From NCBI GenBank assembly GCA_035695105.1, contig DASSEV010000043.1, forward strand, positions 3,304 to 67,303: 64,000 nt of DNA, in the 5' to 3' direction. Below are positions 49,574-61,075 of the stretch, piece by piece (positions within the stretch are counted from its first letter, which is position 1; every line of letters begins with the position of its first letter). The notes under the pieces were generated by a model. The model ran no database searches. It was not told the origin of the DNA and was given only the letters and a program-made list of their open reading frames with translations. The position numbers were made by a program, and so were the translations under genes. The stretch is from Gaiellales bacterium. GTDB taxonomy: Bacteria > Actinomycetota > Thermoleophilia > Gaiellales > JAICJC01.

Positions 49574-50877
49574 CGCGGCCGAGCCACGAGGTCGACGTCC
49601 GCGTCTGTCAGCGTCCGGCAGTCGAGCAGCACCCTGCCCTCCTGCACCCGGGCCACCACCGGCGGGTCGGCCTCCCGCAGCCGGGCGGCGACCGGCTCGC
49701 CGCCGTCGATAGAGCAGGCGTAGCTGTCGAGCTCGAGCAGCGGCAGCGCGCCGCCTCCCACGCGCGCCGTCGTGGCGACGACCTCCCCGCCCAGCCGCCG
49801 CGCGAGCCGTTCGGCGCGGTCACGCACCCGCTCGGAGGGCTCGCCGGCCATCCGCAGCACCGGCAGCTGCTCGAGCGCCGCCGCCGGGTTGCGGTACAGC
49901 TCCAGCGTCGCCTCGAGCGCGGCCAGCGAGAGCTTGTCGATGCGCATCGCTCGCGCAAGCGGGTGGCGCTTCACGCGCCCGACCGCCTCCGCGGAGCCGA
50001 CGATGATCCCCGCCTGCGGGCCTCCGAGCAGCTTGTCGCCCGAGAAGCAGACGAGGTCGGCGCCCGCGTCGACGCTCGAGCGGGCGGTCGGCTCGTCGAG
50101 CATGTCGGCGAGATGCAGCAGCGCGCCCGATCCGAGGTCGTCGATCAGTGCCACCCCAGGCCGCCTCAGCGTCGCCAACTCTGCCAACGTCGGCTGGTCT
50201 GCGAATCCGACCATGCGGAAGTTGGACTGGTGGACGCGCAGGATCGCCCGCGTCGCGTCGGACAGCGCCTGCTCGTAGTCGCGCAGGTGGGTCCGGTTCG
50301 TCGTCCCCACCTCGACCAGCGCCGCTCCCGACTGGGCGAGGATGTCCGGGATCCGGAAGCCGTCGCCGATCTCGATCAGCTGCCCGCGGCTGATCAGCAC
50401 CTCGCCGCCCTCGGCCGTTGCCGCCAGGCAGAGCAGCACCGCGGCCGCGTTGTTGTTCACCGCCAGCCCCGCCTCGGCGCCGGTGAGCTGGGCCAGCGGC
50501 TGCGACAGGTGGTCGTGGCGCGATCCCCGGCGCCCCGCCGCGAGGTCGTACTCGAGCGTCGAGTAGCCCCCTGCGACCTGGGCGATCCGCTCCAGCGCGG
50601 CGGGTGCCAGCGGTGCCCTGCCGAGGTTCGTGTGCACGATCACCCCGGTGGCGTTCAGCACGCGGCGCAGCGACGGCGGCCGCTCGAGCCGCCGCCGGGC
50701 GTCCTCGATCAGCTCCGCCTCGCCGCGCGGCGCGCCCTGCTCACGTGCATCCGCCAGCGCACCCCGAAACGCCTCGACGACGGCCGCGCGGCCGTGCCGA
50801 TCGACGAGCTCGGAGCCGTGCGCACTGCGCAGCAGCGCATCCACCGACGGCAGCTCCCGAAGCGGGTTGACGCTCAT
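49570..50877 (-). CDS. selA: L-seryl-tRNA(Sec) selenium transferase
   Basis: N terminus LRELPSVDALL. PLP-lysine motif FSGDKLLGGPQAGIIVG. 435 aa. Confidence 0.9.
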
Positions 50878-50894
50878 GGATCCGATTGTAGGGT

Positions 50895-51896
50895 GTGCCG
50901 GTGGCGATCAAGCGGCCCCCGCTCTACTCCATGCAGACCGGCCCGCGCCGCCGCCGACGACCGCAGCGCCCGCCCGTCCTGCGGATCGCGCTCGTCGTGG
51001 TCGCCGCGGCGCTGCTCGGGGCGGCCGCATTCGCGGTATGGCAGGTGCTGCCGCTGACACGCACCCAGGAGGGGATCATCCCCGCGGCCGCGCTGACCGG
51101 GGTGGTGCCGCAGGCGCCGTCCGACGCGCAGGGCCTTCCCGCGTTCACCGCGGCCGGCGCGTCGTCGCGCCCGATCCCAGGCGTGCACGTCTCGGCCGGC
51201 GTGATCGTGGACGCAGGATCCGGGCGCGTGCTCTGGGTGCACCGGGCACACGTGAAGCGGCCCGTCGCCAGCCTCACGAAGCTGATGACGGCGCTGCTGG
51301 CGGAGCCCGGCTCATCCCCGCGGGCCAGGTTCGCCATCACGCCGGCCATGACCGGAGTCCCCGGGTACACGCTCGGGTTGCAGGTGGGCCAGCGGGTGTC
51401 CGTGCGCGACATGCTCGCCGGGGCCCTGATCGCCTCGGCGAACGACGCCGCCAACGCCCTAGCCGTGCACCGTGCCGGATCGGTGCGGCGGTTCGTCGCC
51501 ATGATGAACCGGGAGGCGGCGAGGATGCATCTCGCCGACACGCGGTACTCGAATCCGAGCGGGATCATCGACCAGGGCAACCACAGCTCGGCCTGGGACG
51601 TGGCGGAGCTGGCGAGGGCCGTGCTCGCACGGCCGGAGCTGCGAAGGCTGGTCGGCTCCAAGTCGTACCGGCCCGCGAACGGCGCGCCATTCGTCAACGG
51701 CAACCACCTGCTGTGGACCTACACCGGAACGGTGGGCGTGAAGACCGGGCAGACGCCGCTTTCGGGCAACTGCCTGGCCGCAGCCGCCCGCCGCCACGGC
51801 CACACGGTGATCGCCGTGGAGCTGAACGTCACCGGCGACGAGTTCGACACGGCCGCTCGCATGCTCACATGGGGCTTCCGTAAGGCGCTGCGGTGA
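50895..51896 (+). CDS. D-alanyl-D-alanine carboxypeptidase (S11, PBP5/6-like) with an N-terminal anchor
   Basis: SxxK (ASLTKLMT), SxN (SANDAANA) and KTG (VKTGQT) motifs in the canonical order. Alternative ATG start at 50931. Confidence 0.85.
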   Translation: MPVAIKRPPLYSMQTGPRRRRRPQRPPVLRIALVVVAAALLGAAAFAVWQVLPLTRTQEGIIPAAALTGVVPQAPSDAQGLPAFTAAGASSRPIPGVHVSAGVIVDAGSGRVLWVHRAHVKRPVASLTKLMTALLAEPGSSPRARFAITPAMTGVPGYTLGLQVGQRVSVRDMLAGALIASANDAANALAVHRAGSVRRFVAMMNREAARMHLADTRYSNPSGIIDQGNHSSAWDVAELARAVLARPELRRLVGSKSYRPANGAPFVNGNHLLWTYTGTVGVKTGQTPLSGNCLAAAARRHGHTVIAVELNVTGDEFDTAARMLTWGFRKALR

Positions 51897-54841
51897 GCGG
51901 GGGCCTGTTCGAGGGCTACGCGATCGAATCCCCGCCGTTCGGCGAGGAGGACGGGCGCAGGCTCGCCGCCGAGCTGTTCGGCCTGGACGGCACGTCGGCC
52001 GAGCTCGGCAGCCATCAGGACCGCAACTTCCTGATCACCACGCCGGCGAGCCGGAGGGCCGTTCTCAAGATTGCAAACCCGCACTTCGGGCGGGGATCGC
52101 TGGAGATGCAGAACGCCGCCATGCGGCACGTCGCCACCTTCGAGCTGCCGTACGACACTCCGGTGCCGCTGCAGACGCTGGACGGCCGGGACATCGTCGA
52201 GATTGACAACGACGGCATCTCCTACGACGTGCGCATGACCTCCTGGGTGGACGGTGAGCCGTTGACCGCGGCGCGCCACGTCTCCGGCGCCGTTCGGCAC
52301 GCGGTGGGCGCGATGGCGGCCGAGGCGGCGCTGGCGCTCCGCGACTTCGACCACCCGGCCGCGGACCGAGTGCTGCAATGGGATCTGAAGCACGCGCGTG
52401 CGGTCGTCGACGGGCTGGCCGTGCACGTGCCCGATGCCGCCCACCGTGAGCTGGTCGAGCACGCGATGGCGGTGCACGACGGCGCGATCGCCGAGCTTGC
52501 CGCGGGGCTGCGCCTGCAGGTCATCCACGGCGACGTCACCGACTACAACGTCGTCTGCAGGCCGGCTCGTGACGGCCGGCTGATGCCGGCCGGCCTGATC
52601 GACTTCGGGGACATGACCCGGTCGTACCTGACGGCGGAGCCGGCCGTCGCGGCGGCGGCCCTGCTGTGGCATGACCCGGATGATGCGCTGGCGGTCGTGG
52701 TCGATGTCGTGCGTGCGTTCCACGAACGCCTGCCGCTCGAGGAGGACGAGCTGGCCGCCGTGTTTCCGCTCGTGCTCGCACGGTGCGCGTCGAGCGCCGT
52801 GTCGACCCAGCAGCAGGCGCTGCTCGAGCCGGACAACGCCTACACCGCAGCGCTCGTCGATGGCGAGTGGGCGACGCTTCGCGCGGCCGCCGCGGTGCGC
52901 CCGCACGTGGCGGAGGCGGCATGCCGTGCCGCATGCGGGCTGCCGGCGCATCCGCGGGCGGCCGACGCCGTCCGGGCGCTCGCCTCGTCGGACGCCGTGC
53001 CCATCGTCGACCCCGCCGGGCGCCGGCTGGAGACGGTCGATCTCTCGCCGGAGGCCGAGGCGTACGCCTTCGGCGAATGGCGGACCCCCGAGGGGCTTGC
53101 GGCCGCGGTATCGGTGCCGGCCGGGGCGCTCGCCGTCGGCAGGTACGGCGAGGCGCGCCTGCACCGCTCCGGGGAGCCCGGCGAGCGCCCGCCGGCGTCG
53201 GTACACCTCGGTGCGGACGTGTTCGCGCCCGAAGGTGAACCGGTCCGCAGCCCGCTGGACGCGCGGCTGGTGACGCAGGCGGGCGACGCGGTCACGCTCG
53301 AGATCGATCTCGCCGGTGCCGGTCCCTGCCGGCTGCTGCTCGAGGGCGTGCGGCCGGACGATGCGCTGCCCGACCACGTGCCCGCCGGATCGGCGGTCGG
53401 CGCGGTGGCCGCGCGAACCGGGCGGCCGCCGCACGTCCATGCCCAGCTGTGCCTCGAGCCGGTGGATGAGCTGCCGGGGTGGGCGATCGCGGACGAGCGC
53501 GACGCCTGGCTCGGCCTCTGCCCGGATCCTTCCCGGCTGCTCGGCATCGACGCGGCCGCTCCGGCGCCCGCGCGCGAGCGGCTGCTCGCGCTGCGCCGCC
53601 GCTCGGTGGCCGCCGCACAGGAGCTCTACTACCGCGACCCGCCGAGGATCGTCCGCGGGTGGCGCAACGTGCTCTACGACGAGGACGCCAGGCCGTATCT
53701 CGACATGGTCAACAACGTGGCGGTGCTCGGCCACAGCCATCCCGCCGTTGCGGCCGCCGCGCAGCGCGCGCTGCGCACCATCAACACCAACTCCCGCTTC
53801 AACTACGACGCCATCGCCAGGTTCGCGGAGCGGCTGGTCGAGCTGACCCCCGAGCCGCTCGACCAGGTCTTCTTCGTCAGCACCGGCAGCGAGGCCAACG
53901 ATCTCGCCCTACGCATGGCCCGCACCTACACCGGCCGTGACGAGGTGATCGCGGTGGCCGGCGCCTACCACGGCTGGACGACCGCGACCTACGCGGTCAG
54001 CACGGCGCCGTACGACAACCCCGCGGCGGCCGAGAACCCGCCGCCCGGCCTGCGCCTGGTGCCCGCCGCCGACACCTACCGCGGGCCGATCGGCGCGGAC
54101 GATCCCCACGCCGGTCGCCGCTACGCCGAGTACGTGCGTGAGGCCGCGCCGGGGGCGGCCGCGTTCATCTGCGAGCCCGTCCTCGGCAACTGGGGCGGCA
54201 TCTTCGCCCCGGACGGCTATCTGGAGCAGGCGTTCCGCCACGTCCGCGAGGCGGGAGGCGTCTGCATCGCCGACGAGGTGCAGGTCGGGTACGGCCGGCT
54301 GGGCGAGTGGTTCTGGGCCTTCGAGCAGCAGGGAGCCGTCCCCGACATCATCACGATCGCCAAGTCGACCGGGAACGGGCATCCGGTCGGCGCCGTGATC
54401 ACCACCACGCCGATCGCAGACGCGTTCGCGGGGAACGCCGGCTTCTTCAGCTCCGTCGGCGGCTCGCCGCTCTCATGCGAGATCGGGATCGCGGTGCTCG
54501 ACGCCATGCGAGACGACCGGCTGCAGGAGAACGCGCTGCGGGTGGGCACGCACCTGCGCGACCGGCTGCGTGAGCTGTCCGACCGCCACGAGCTGATCGG
54601 TGCGGTGCACGGCCACGGCCTTTACCTCGGAGCCGAGCTCGTCCGCGACCGGTCGGGCATCACGCCCGCCACCGAGGAGGCGTACGCGATCTGCGAGCGC
54701 ATGCGCGAGCTGGGGGTGATCGTGCAGCCGACCGGCGAGCGCATGAACGTGCTCAAGATCAAGCCGCCGCTGTGCATCGCGATGGAGGACGCCGACCGGT
54801 TTGCCGACACGCTCGACCACGTCCTCACCGCCGGCTGGTGA
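51893..54841 (+). CDS. Tri-domain fusion: APH-type kinase, M23(LytM)-like domain and class-III aminotransferase
   Basis: Kinase motifs VIHGDVTDYNV and GLIDFGD. Central HLGADVFAPEGEPVRSP and PHVHAQL (HxxxD / HxH, M23-like). C-terminal STGSEANDLALRMAR, CIADEVQVGYGRLG and the PLP Lys in TIAKSTGNGHP. GTGA overlap with the carboxypeptidase gene. Confidence 0.8.
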   Translation: MSGGLFEGYAIESPPFGEEDGRRLAAELFGLDGTSAELGSHQDRNFLITTPASRRAVLKIANPHFGRGSLEMQNAAMRHVATFELPYDTPVPLQTLDGRDIVEIDNDGISYDVRMTSWVDGEPLTAARHVSGAVRHAVGAMAAEAALALRDFDHPAADRVLQWDLKHARAVVDGLAVHVPDAAHRELVEHAMAVHDGAIAELAAGLRLQVIHGDVTDYNVVCRPARDGRLMPAGLIDFGDMTRSYLTAEPAVAAAALLWHDPDDALAVVVDVVRAFHERLPLEEDELAAVFPLVLARCASSAVSTQQQALLEPDNAYTAALVDGEWATLRAAAAVRPHVAEAACRAACGLPAHPRAADAVRALASSDAVPIVDPAGRRLETVDLSPEAEAYAFGEWRTPEGLAAAVSVPAGALAVGRYGEARLHRSGEPGERPPASVHLGADVFAPEGEPVRSPLDARLVTQAGDAVTLEIDLAGAGPCRLLLEGVRPDDALPDHVPAGSAVGAVAARTGRPPHVHAQLCLEPVDELPGWAIADERDAWLGLCPDPSRLLGIDAAAPAPARERLLALRRRSVAAAQELYYRDPPRIVRGWRNVLYDEDARPYLDMVNNVAVLGHSHPAVAAAAQRALRTINTNSRFNYDAIARFAERLVELTPEPLDQVFFVSTGSEANDLALRMARTYTGRDEVIAVAGAYHGWTTATYAVSTAPYDNPAAAENPPPGLRLVPAADTYRGPIGADDPHAGRRYAEYVREAAPGAAAFICEPVLGNWGGIFAPDGYLEQAFRHVREAGGVCIADEVQVGYGRLGEWFWAFEQQGAVPDIITIAKSTGNGHPVGAVITTTPIADAFAGNAGFFSSVGGSPLSCEIGIAVLDAMRDDRLQENALRVGTHLRDRLRELSDRHELIGAVHGHGLYLGAELVRDRSGITPATEEAYAICERMRELGVIVQPTGERMNVLKIKPPLCIAMEDADRFADTLDHVLTAGW

Positions 54842-54856
54842 GCGCCGGGAGGGCGC

Positions 54857-55717
54857 CTAGAACGTCCGGTGCAGGTAGCTGGCCTCCATCGCCACCACCA
54901 GCACCGCGATCAGCCCCAGGTAGACCGCACCGACCGCGAGCCGCTGGCCCCAGCTGACGGCGTTGTACGCCTGCCACTGCGGGTCGTTGCGGTGGCCCCA
55001 GCGGTGGAACAGCTCGTAGCCGCCGAGCAGCGCGATGATGAGCACGAGCGGGTTCGGGTGCCAGAAGAAGAGCAGCGCCACCACGAACACGCCGACGAAC
55101 CAGAACGCGGGATGGAACGCCGCTGCGGCACGTCCGCCGTCCAGGGGCAGCACGGGGATCAGGTTGATCAGATTCAGGAAGCAGCCGGTGTAGGCCACCG
55201 CCCGCAGCAGGTTGGAGTCCGTCGCCGTCGCCGCCCCGAAGCAGGCGAGCGCCCCGACCGTGCCCAGCACCGGGCCGGCGAGCCCGACCTTCGCCTCCAT
55301 CCATGCGTTGTGCGGGAGCTCCTTCATTCCCACGAACGCGCCCATGAACGGCACGAACATCGGCGCCGACGCCGGAACGCCCTCCCGGCGCAGCTGGATC
55401 ACGTGCCCCATCTCGTGGACGAACAGCAGCACCATGAACCCGAGGGCGAACCGCCAGCCCCAGATGCTCGTGTATGCGGCCAGCGAGATCAGGAAGGTGA
55501 GGCTGGTGCCGAGCAGCTTGACGTTCTTGACCGCCAGCAGCAGCGGGCCGAGCAGCTTCCAGACGAGCAGCGCGGCGCCCGCGAACGGTGCGAACAGCCG
55601 GCGCAGCGGGTGCTGCGGCCGCTGGACGGGCGGCGGTGGCGGCTCCAGCTCGGCGGGCGGTGGCGGGTCGAGCTGCCGTGGCTCCCAGCTCACTGCGTGC
55701 CCTCCCGTCCGATCCAC
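54857..55717 (-). CDS. M50 (site-2 protease-like) family membrane metalloprotease
   Basis: HEMGHVIQL zinc motif inside a TM helix, and multiple TM segments. The start is uncertain: 55717 overlaps the upstream gene by 28 nt, and GTG 55627 is an alternative. Confidence 0.75.
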   Translation of the reverse strand: MDRTGGHAVSWEPRQLDPPPPAELEPPPPPVQRPQHPLRRLFAPFAGAALLVWKLLGPLLLAVKNVKLLGTSLTFLISLAAYTSIWGWRFALGFMVLLFVHEMGHVIQLRREGVPASAPMFVPFMGAFVGMKELPHNAWMEAKVGLAGPVLGTVGALACFGAATATDSNLLRAVAYTGCFLNLINLIPVLPLDGGRAAAAFHPAFWFVGVFVVALLFFWHPNPLVLIIALLGGYELFHRWGHRNDPQWQAYNAVSWGQRLAVGAVYLGLIAVLVVAMEASYLHRTF

Positions 55718-56334
55718 TCCTCGCCGCCCGCGAAGACCTCCTTCTTCCAGACCGGCACGGTCTGCTTCAGGGTGTCGATCGCCTCACGGCAGGCCGACAT
55801 CGCCGCGCCCCGGTGGGCTGCAGAGACCGCGATGATCACGCTCGCCTCGCCGATCGGCACGTGCCCCGTGCGGTGCGCCATGGCGACGCGGGCCACGTCG
55901 TGTCGCTCGGTGACGTCGGCCGCGATCTTCGCCATCTCCGCCTCCGCCATCTCCGGGTAGGCGTCGTACTCCAGGTGCACAACCTCGCGCCCGCGGTTGT
56001 GGTCGCGGGTGGTGCCGATGAACGTCGCGATCGCCCCGGCCGCCGGGTCACGGACCTGCTCGACGACGGCCGAGAGATCGAGCGGCTGCTCCTGCACCCG
56101 GAAGTCGCCGCCGGAGACGGGCGGGATCACCGCGACCTCGTCCCCGTCGTGCAGTTGCTCCGTCCTGTCCGCGTACTCGCGGTTTCGCGCATAGGCCATC
56201 CCGGCCGGCTCGTCGCCCAGGCCGAGCGCGGGCCAGACGTCGGCCACGCGGGAGCCGTCGTCGAGCCGCAGGGTGCGGCGGGACGCGCCCGCCCGCTCAC
56301 GGACGGCGGCGAACAGCCTGACGGTGATCTCCAT
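55690..56334 (-). CDS. Fused molybdopterin synthase, MoaD (sulfur carrier) plus MoaE (catalytic subunit)
   Basis: Internal ATG at 56334 (MEITVRLFAAVRE...). The MoaD part ends in DEVAVIPPVSGG and continues directly into MoaE (ATFIGTTRDHNRGREV...IGEASVIIAVSAAHR...VPVWKKE). Confidence 0.85.
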   Translation of the reverse strand: MEITVRLFAAVRERAGASRRTLRLDDGSRVADVWPALGLGDEPAGMAYARNREYADRTEQLHDGDEVAVIPPVSGGDFRVQEQPLDLSAVVEQVRDPAAGAIATFIGTTRDHNRGREVVHLEYDAYPEMAEAEMAKIAADVTERHDVARVAMAHRTGHVPIGEASVIIAVSAAHRGAAMSACREAIDTLKQTVPVWKKEVFAGGEEWIGREGTQ

Positions 56335-56573
56335 GGCCACAGGGTAGTGGAAGGCATTCACCGTCCTGCTTCGGCATATTTGCCGCACATTGCGAGCTTT
56401 TTCGCCGGGCGGGGCTGGACACCGCGGGCGCGCTCTGGGAGTCTGCCGGGCACAGAGCCCCGGACGCAGATGCGGTTCCGCCGGAGGCCCGGGAGGTTCG
56501 GTTCGCCGGACGCCCGAGTCGATGATGACGGAGGGCGCGGCAGCCGGGGCTCTTGCCTGTCTACCATCAGCCG

Positions 56574-58147
<1,574 letters not shown>

Positions 58148-58151
<4 letters not shown>

Positions 58152-59101
58152 CCGACGACCAGCGCTTTGCGTTCATGCTCGGCACCGGCCGGTGCGGGTC
58201 GACGATCGTCGGGCAGGTCGTGGCGATGCACCCGGATGTCGGCTTCATCGCGAACGTCGACGACCGGTTCGCCGGCCTGAACCGCAAGGGCAGGCTGAAC
58301 AACCGCATCTACCGTTCGCTGCCGGCGCCGCTGCAGAAGCAGGGCGGGCGGCGGGGGGGCCGCCAGCAGGGCGGGCTGGCCGCCGGCGTGCGCAGCGTGG
58401 CGATGACGCCGTCGGAGGGCTACCGCCTGCTCGACCGGCACGTCTCGCCGATGCTGTCCGACCCGGTCCGCGATCTGGTGGCTGACGATGCATCCGCCTG
58501 GCTGTCGCGCCGGCTGCGCGGGTTCTTCGAGGCCCGAGCGGCGGCCCAGGCGCGCCCGCTGTTCCTGCACAAGTTCACGGGCTGGCCGAGGGCCGGCCTG
58601 CTGCATGCGGTGTTCCCGGAGGCCAGGTTCGTGCACGTGGTGCGCGACGGCCGCGACGTCGCCTCCTCGCTCGTCCAGCAGCCCTGGTGGCGCGGCTTTC
58701 GCGGCCCCTCGGCATGGGGCCTCGGCCCGTTGTCGCCGGAGGACGAGCAGACGTGGCTGGAGTCCGGCCGCTCATTCCCGGTGCTGGCCGGCCTGGAATG
58801 GAAGCTCCTGATGGAGGCCTTCGCAGCCGCCCAGCGGGCCGTGCCGCGGGAGGCGTGGCTGGAGCTGCGCTACGAGGACGTCGTCGAGCGTCCGCGCGAG
58901 CAGGTCGAGCGCCTGCTCGCCCACCTCCGGCTCGAGTGGAACGAGGGCTTCGAGCGGGCGTTCGCCGGCCTCGAGTTCACCCGGGCTCGAAGCGGCGCCT
59001 ACCGGGAGGAGCTGTCGGCGCGCGACGCCGACCTGCTCGATCGGGTGCTCGCCCCGGCGCTGCGCGACCACGGCTACGAACAGCTCCGCACGGGCGGGTG
59101 A
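58148..59101 (+). CDS. Sulfotransferase family protein
   Basis: 5'-PSB loop LGTGRCGSTIV and 3'-PB region VVRDGRDVASS. 317 aa. GTGA overlaps at both ends. Confidence 0.8.
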
Positions 59102-61050
59102 GCTCGAGGCCGGCGAGACCCGAGCGCCAGGCCGTCACCTACGCCGGCCTGGTCGGGTTCGTCCTGACGCTGATCCCCGTGGCGGCCGCGCTCCGCCTCA
59201 CCGGCCATGGCGGCGGCTACACCATTGACCAGTGGGGGCTGTGGGCCGCGGTCACCGTCGTCGCTGCCGGCGTCGCGCTGATCAGCCAGCCGGTCTCACG
59301 CCTGAGCGGCCTCCAGCGCCTGTTCCCGCTCTCGCTGCTCGGCCTCGGCGTGTGGAGCATGCTCTCCGCCCACTGGGCCGCCTGGCCGCAGAGCTCCCTG
59401 GTCGAGGGCGACCGCTACCTGTTCTACGCGGCCGCCGCCACCCTGCCGATGGTGCTGCTCCCGACGGTCGGCTGGCGCCGCGGTCTGGTCGGCGGTGTGG
59501 CCGCTGGTACGGCGCTGCCGGCCCTGCTCATCGCACTGAAGCTGTGGCAGTCGGGGACCGCCGCCTCGCTGTTCGACTCGGGGCGCCTCGTCGGCAGCGT
59601 CGGCTACGGCGGGGGCCTCGCGGCGGCCGTGGCGATCGGGTTCTGGCCGCTGGTCGCGTTCGCGTCCGACCGCACCACGGCCAGGGTGCTGCGGCCCCTG
59701 GCCGGGCTGGGGGCAGGCCTGGCGCTGGCAACGGTCGTCCCGACGGAGGCCCGGGCGTCGGTATGGGCGCTGGCCGTCTCCGCCCTGATCTTCTTCCTGC
59801 TCTGCCCGACCCCGATCCGGTCGGGGATCGTGGCGGCCGGCGCGGTCGTGCCGACGCTGCTCTTCTGGCACCAGCTGAACAGCGTGTTCTCGTCGCAGAC
59901 CGGCGGCCACCCGCACACCGTGGGCATCGCGATCCTGCTGACCGGACTGGTGAGCGCACTGGTGGCGGGCGCCCAGACGGTGCTCGACGAGTTCGTGAGG
60001 CTGTCGGACGCCAACCGCCGTGCGGTCGCCATCGCGGTCGCCATCTGGATGTTCCTGCTGCTGCTGGTCGCGGCCGTCGGGGCGTTTGCGGCGACGGACG
60101 GCCACCCGGTGGCCTGGACGCGCCACACGCTGCAGCGCACCGTCGACAGGGTGGGCGGCGAGAGCGGCCAGGCCGCCGGTGAAGGGCAGGCCGGCAGCCG
60201 GTTCGGGTCGCTCGACACGGGGCGCTACGACCTCTGGAAGGTCGCGCTGCGGGGCTTTCGCGAGCAGCCCGCCAAGGGCGTGGGGGCCGGGAACTTCGGC
60301 TATCTGAACGTCCGCATCGGCCGGCCGTTCCTGTTCCCCTATCAAGCGCACAGCCAGCTTCTGGAGGTCGCCTCGACGCTGGGGCTGCCGGGCCTCGCGC
60401 TGTTCGCCCTCGTGCTCGGGCTGCCGCTGGGCGCGTGCGTGTGGGTGCGGCTGCGCGCGCCGTCGCGTGCGGAGCGGCTGCTGGCCGCAGGCATCGGCGG
60501 TGCGCTCGGGTACTTCGCCGTCCACGGCCAGGTGGACTGGATCTGGCAGATCTCGTCGTGCGCGCTTCCGGCGATGCTGCTTTCCGGCGTCGTCGTCGGG
60601 ATGCTGCCGCCGGCGCCGGAGCGACGCCGATCCGTTGTCACCGGCGGCATCGCCCTGGCCGCCGCCGTTGCCGCCGCCGTGCTGCTGATCGCGCCCGCCG
60701 CCCTCGCACAGCGGTACCTGGAGCGCTCGTATCATGAGCCGGCGCCGGCGGCGCTCGCGGATGCCCGCCGCGCCGCCGACTTCGACCGGCTGTCCGGCCG
60801 CCCACAGCTCGCCGCCGCCCGTGCGTTGCTGCGGACGGGCGACACCGCCGGAGCGCTGGCCGATGCGCGCGAGGCGGCCGGGGCCGAGCCGCGCTTCTGG
60901 GTCGCATGGCAGCTGCTCGCCGTGGCGGCTGCACAGGAGGGCGATCGCGCCGAGGCCACGGCCGCTCATGCACGGGTGCGCCTGCTCGCGCCACGGCTGC
61001 CGCTCGATCTCCGCGGCCAGGTGCCCGGCCCGAGCTTCGACCACTATTGA
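59098..61050 (+). CDS. O-antigen ligase / polymerase-like (Wzy_C) membrane protein with a C-terminal TPR-like region
   Basis: About 12 TM. RYDLWKVALRGFREQPAKGVGAGNF and YQAHSQLLEVASTLGLPG loop motifs. Ala-rich helical repeats in the last ~120 aa. GTG 59098 overlaps the sulfotransferase stop. Confidence 0.75.
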   Translation: MSSRPARPERQAVTYAGLVGFVLTLIPVAAALRLTGHGGGYTIDQWGLWAAVTVVAAGVALISQPVSRLSGLQRLFPLSLLGLGVWSMLSAHWAAWPQSSLVEGDRYLFYAAAATLPMVLLPTVGWRRGLVGGVAAGTALPALLIALKLWQSGTAASLFDSGRLVGSVGYGGGLAAAVAIGFWPLVAFASDRTTARVLRPLAGLGAGLALATVVPTEARASVWALAVSALIFFLLCPTPIRSGIVAAGAVVPTLLFWHQLNSVFSSQTGGHPHTVGIAILLTGLVSALVAGAQTVLDEFVRLSDANRRAVAIAVAIWMFLLLLVAAVGAFAATDGHPVAWTRHTLQRTVDRVGGESGQAAGEGQAGSRFGSLDTGRYDLWKVALRGFREQPAKGVGAGNFGYLNVRIGRPFLFPYQAHSQLLEVASTLGLPGLALFALVLGLPLGACVWVRLRAPSRAERLLAAGIGGALGYFAVHGQVDWIWQISSCALPAMLLSGVVVGMLPPAPERRRSVVTGGIALAAAVAAAVLLIAPAALAQRYLERSYHEPAPAALADARRAADFDRLSGRPQLAAARALLRTGDTAGALADAREAAGAEPRFWVAWQLLAVAAAQEGDRAEATAAHARVRLLAPRLPLDLRGQVPGPSFDHY

Positions 61051-61075
61051 CGTCGCGTGAAGACGTGGCCGGTTT

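Noticed and set aside
56335-56573. Cobalamin riboswitch upstream of the B12-dependent mutase, or Moco riboswitch upstream of moaD-moaE
   Set aside because: I found no B12-box-like sequence (AGYCMGG.AGACCKGCC) and no GGTG..AA.CC...CCCGC.ACTG core. I cannot recognise the Moco motif by eye. This needs an Infernal scan and is left uncalled.
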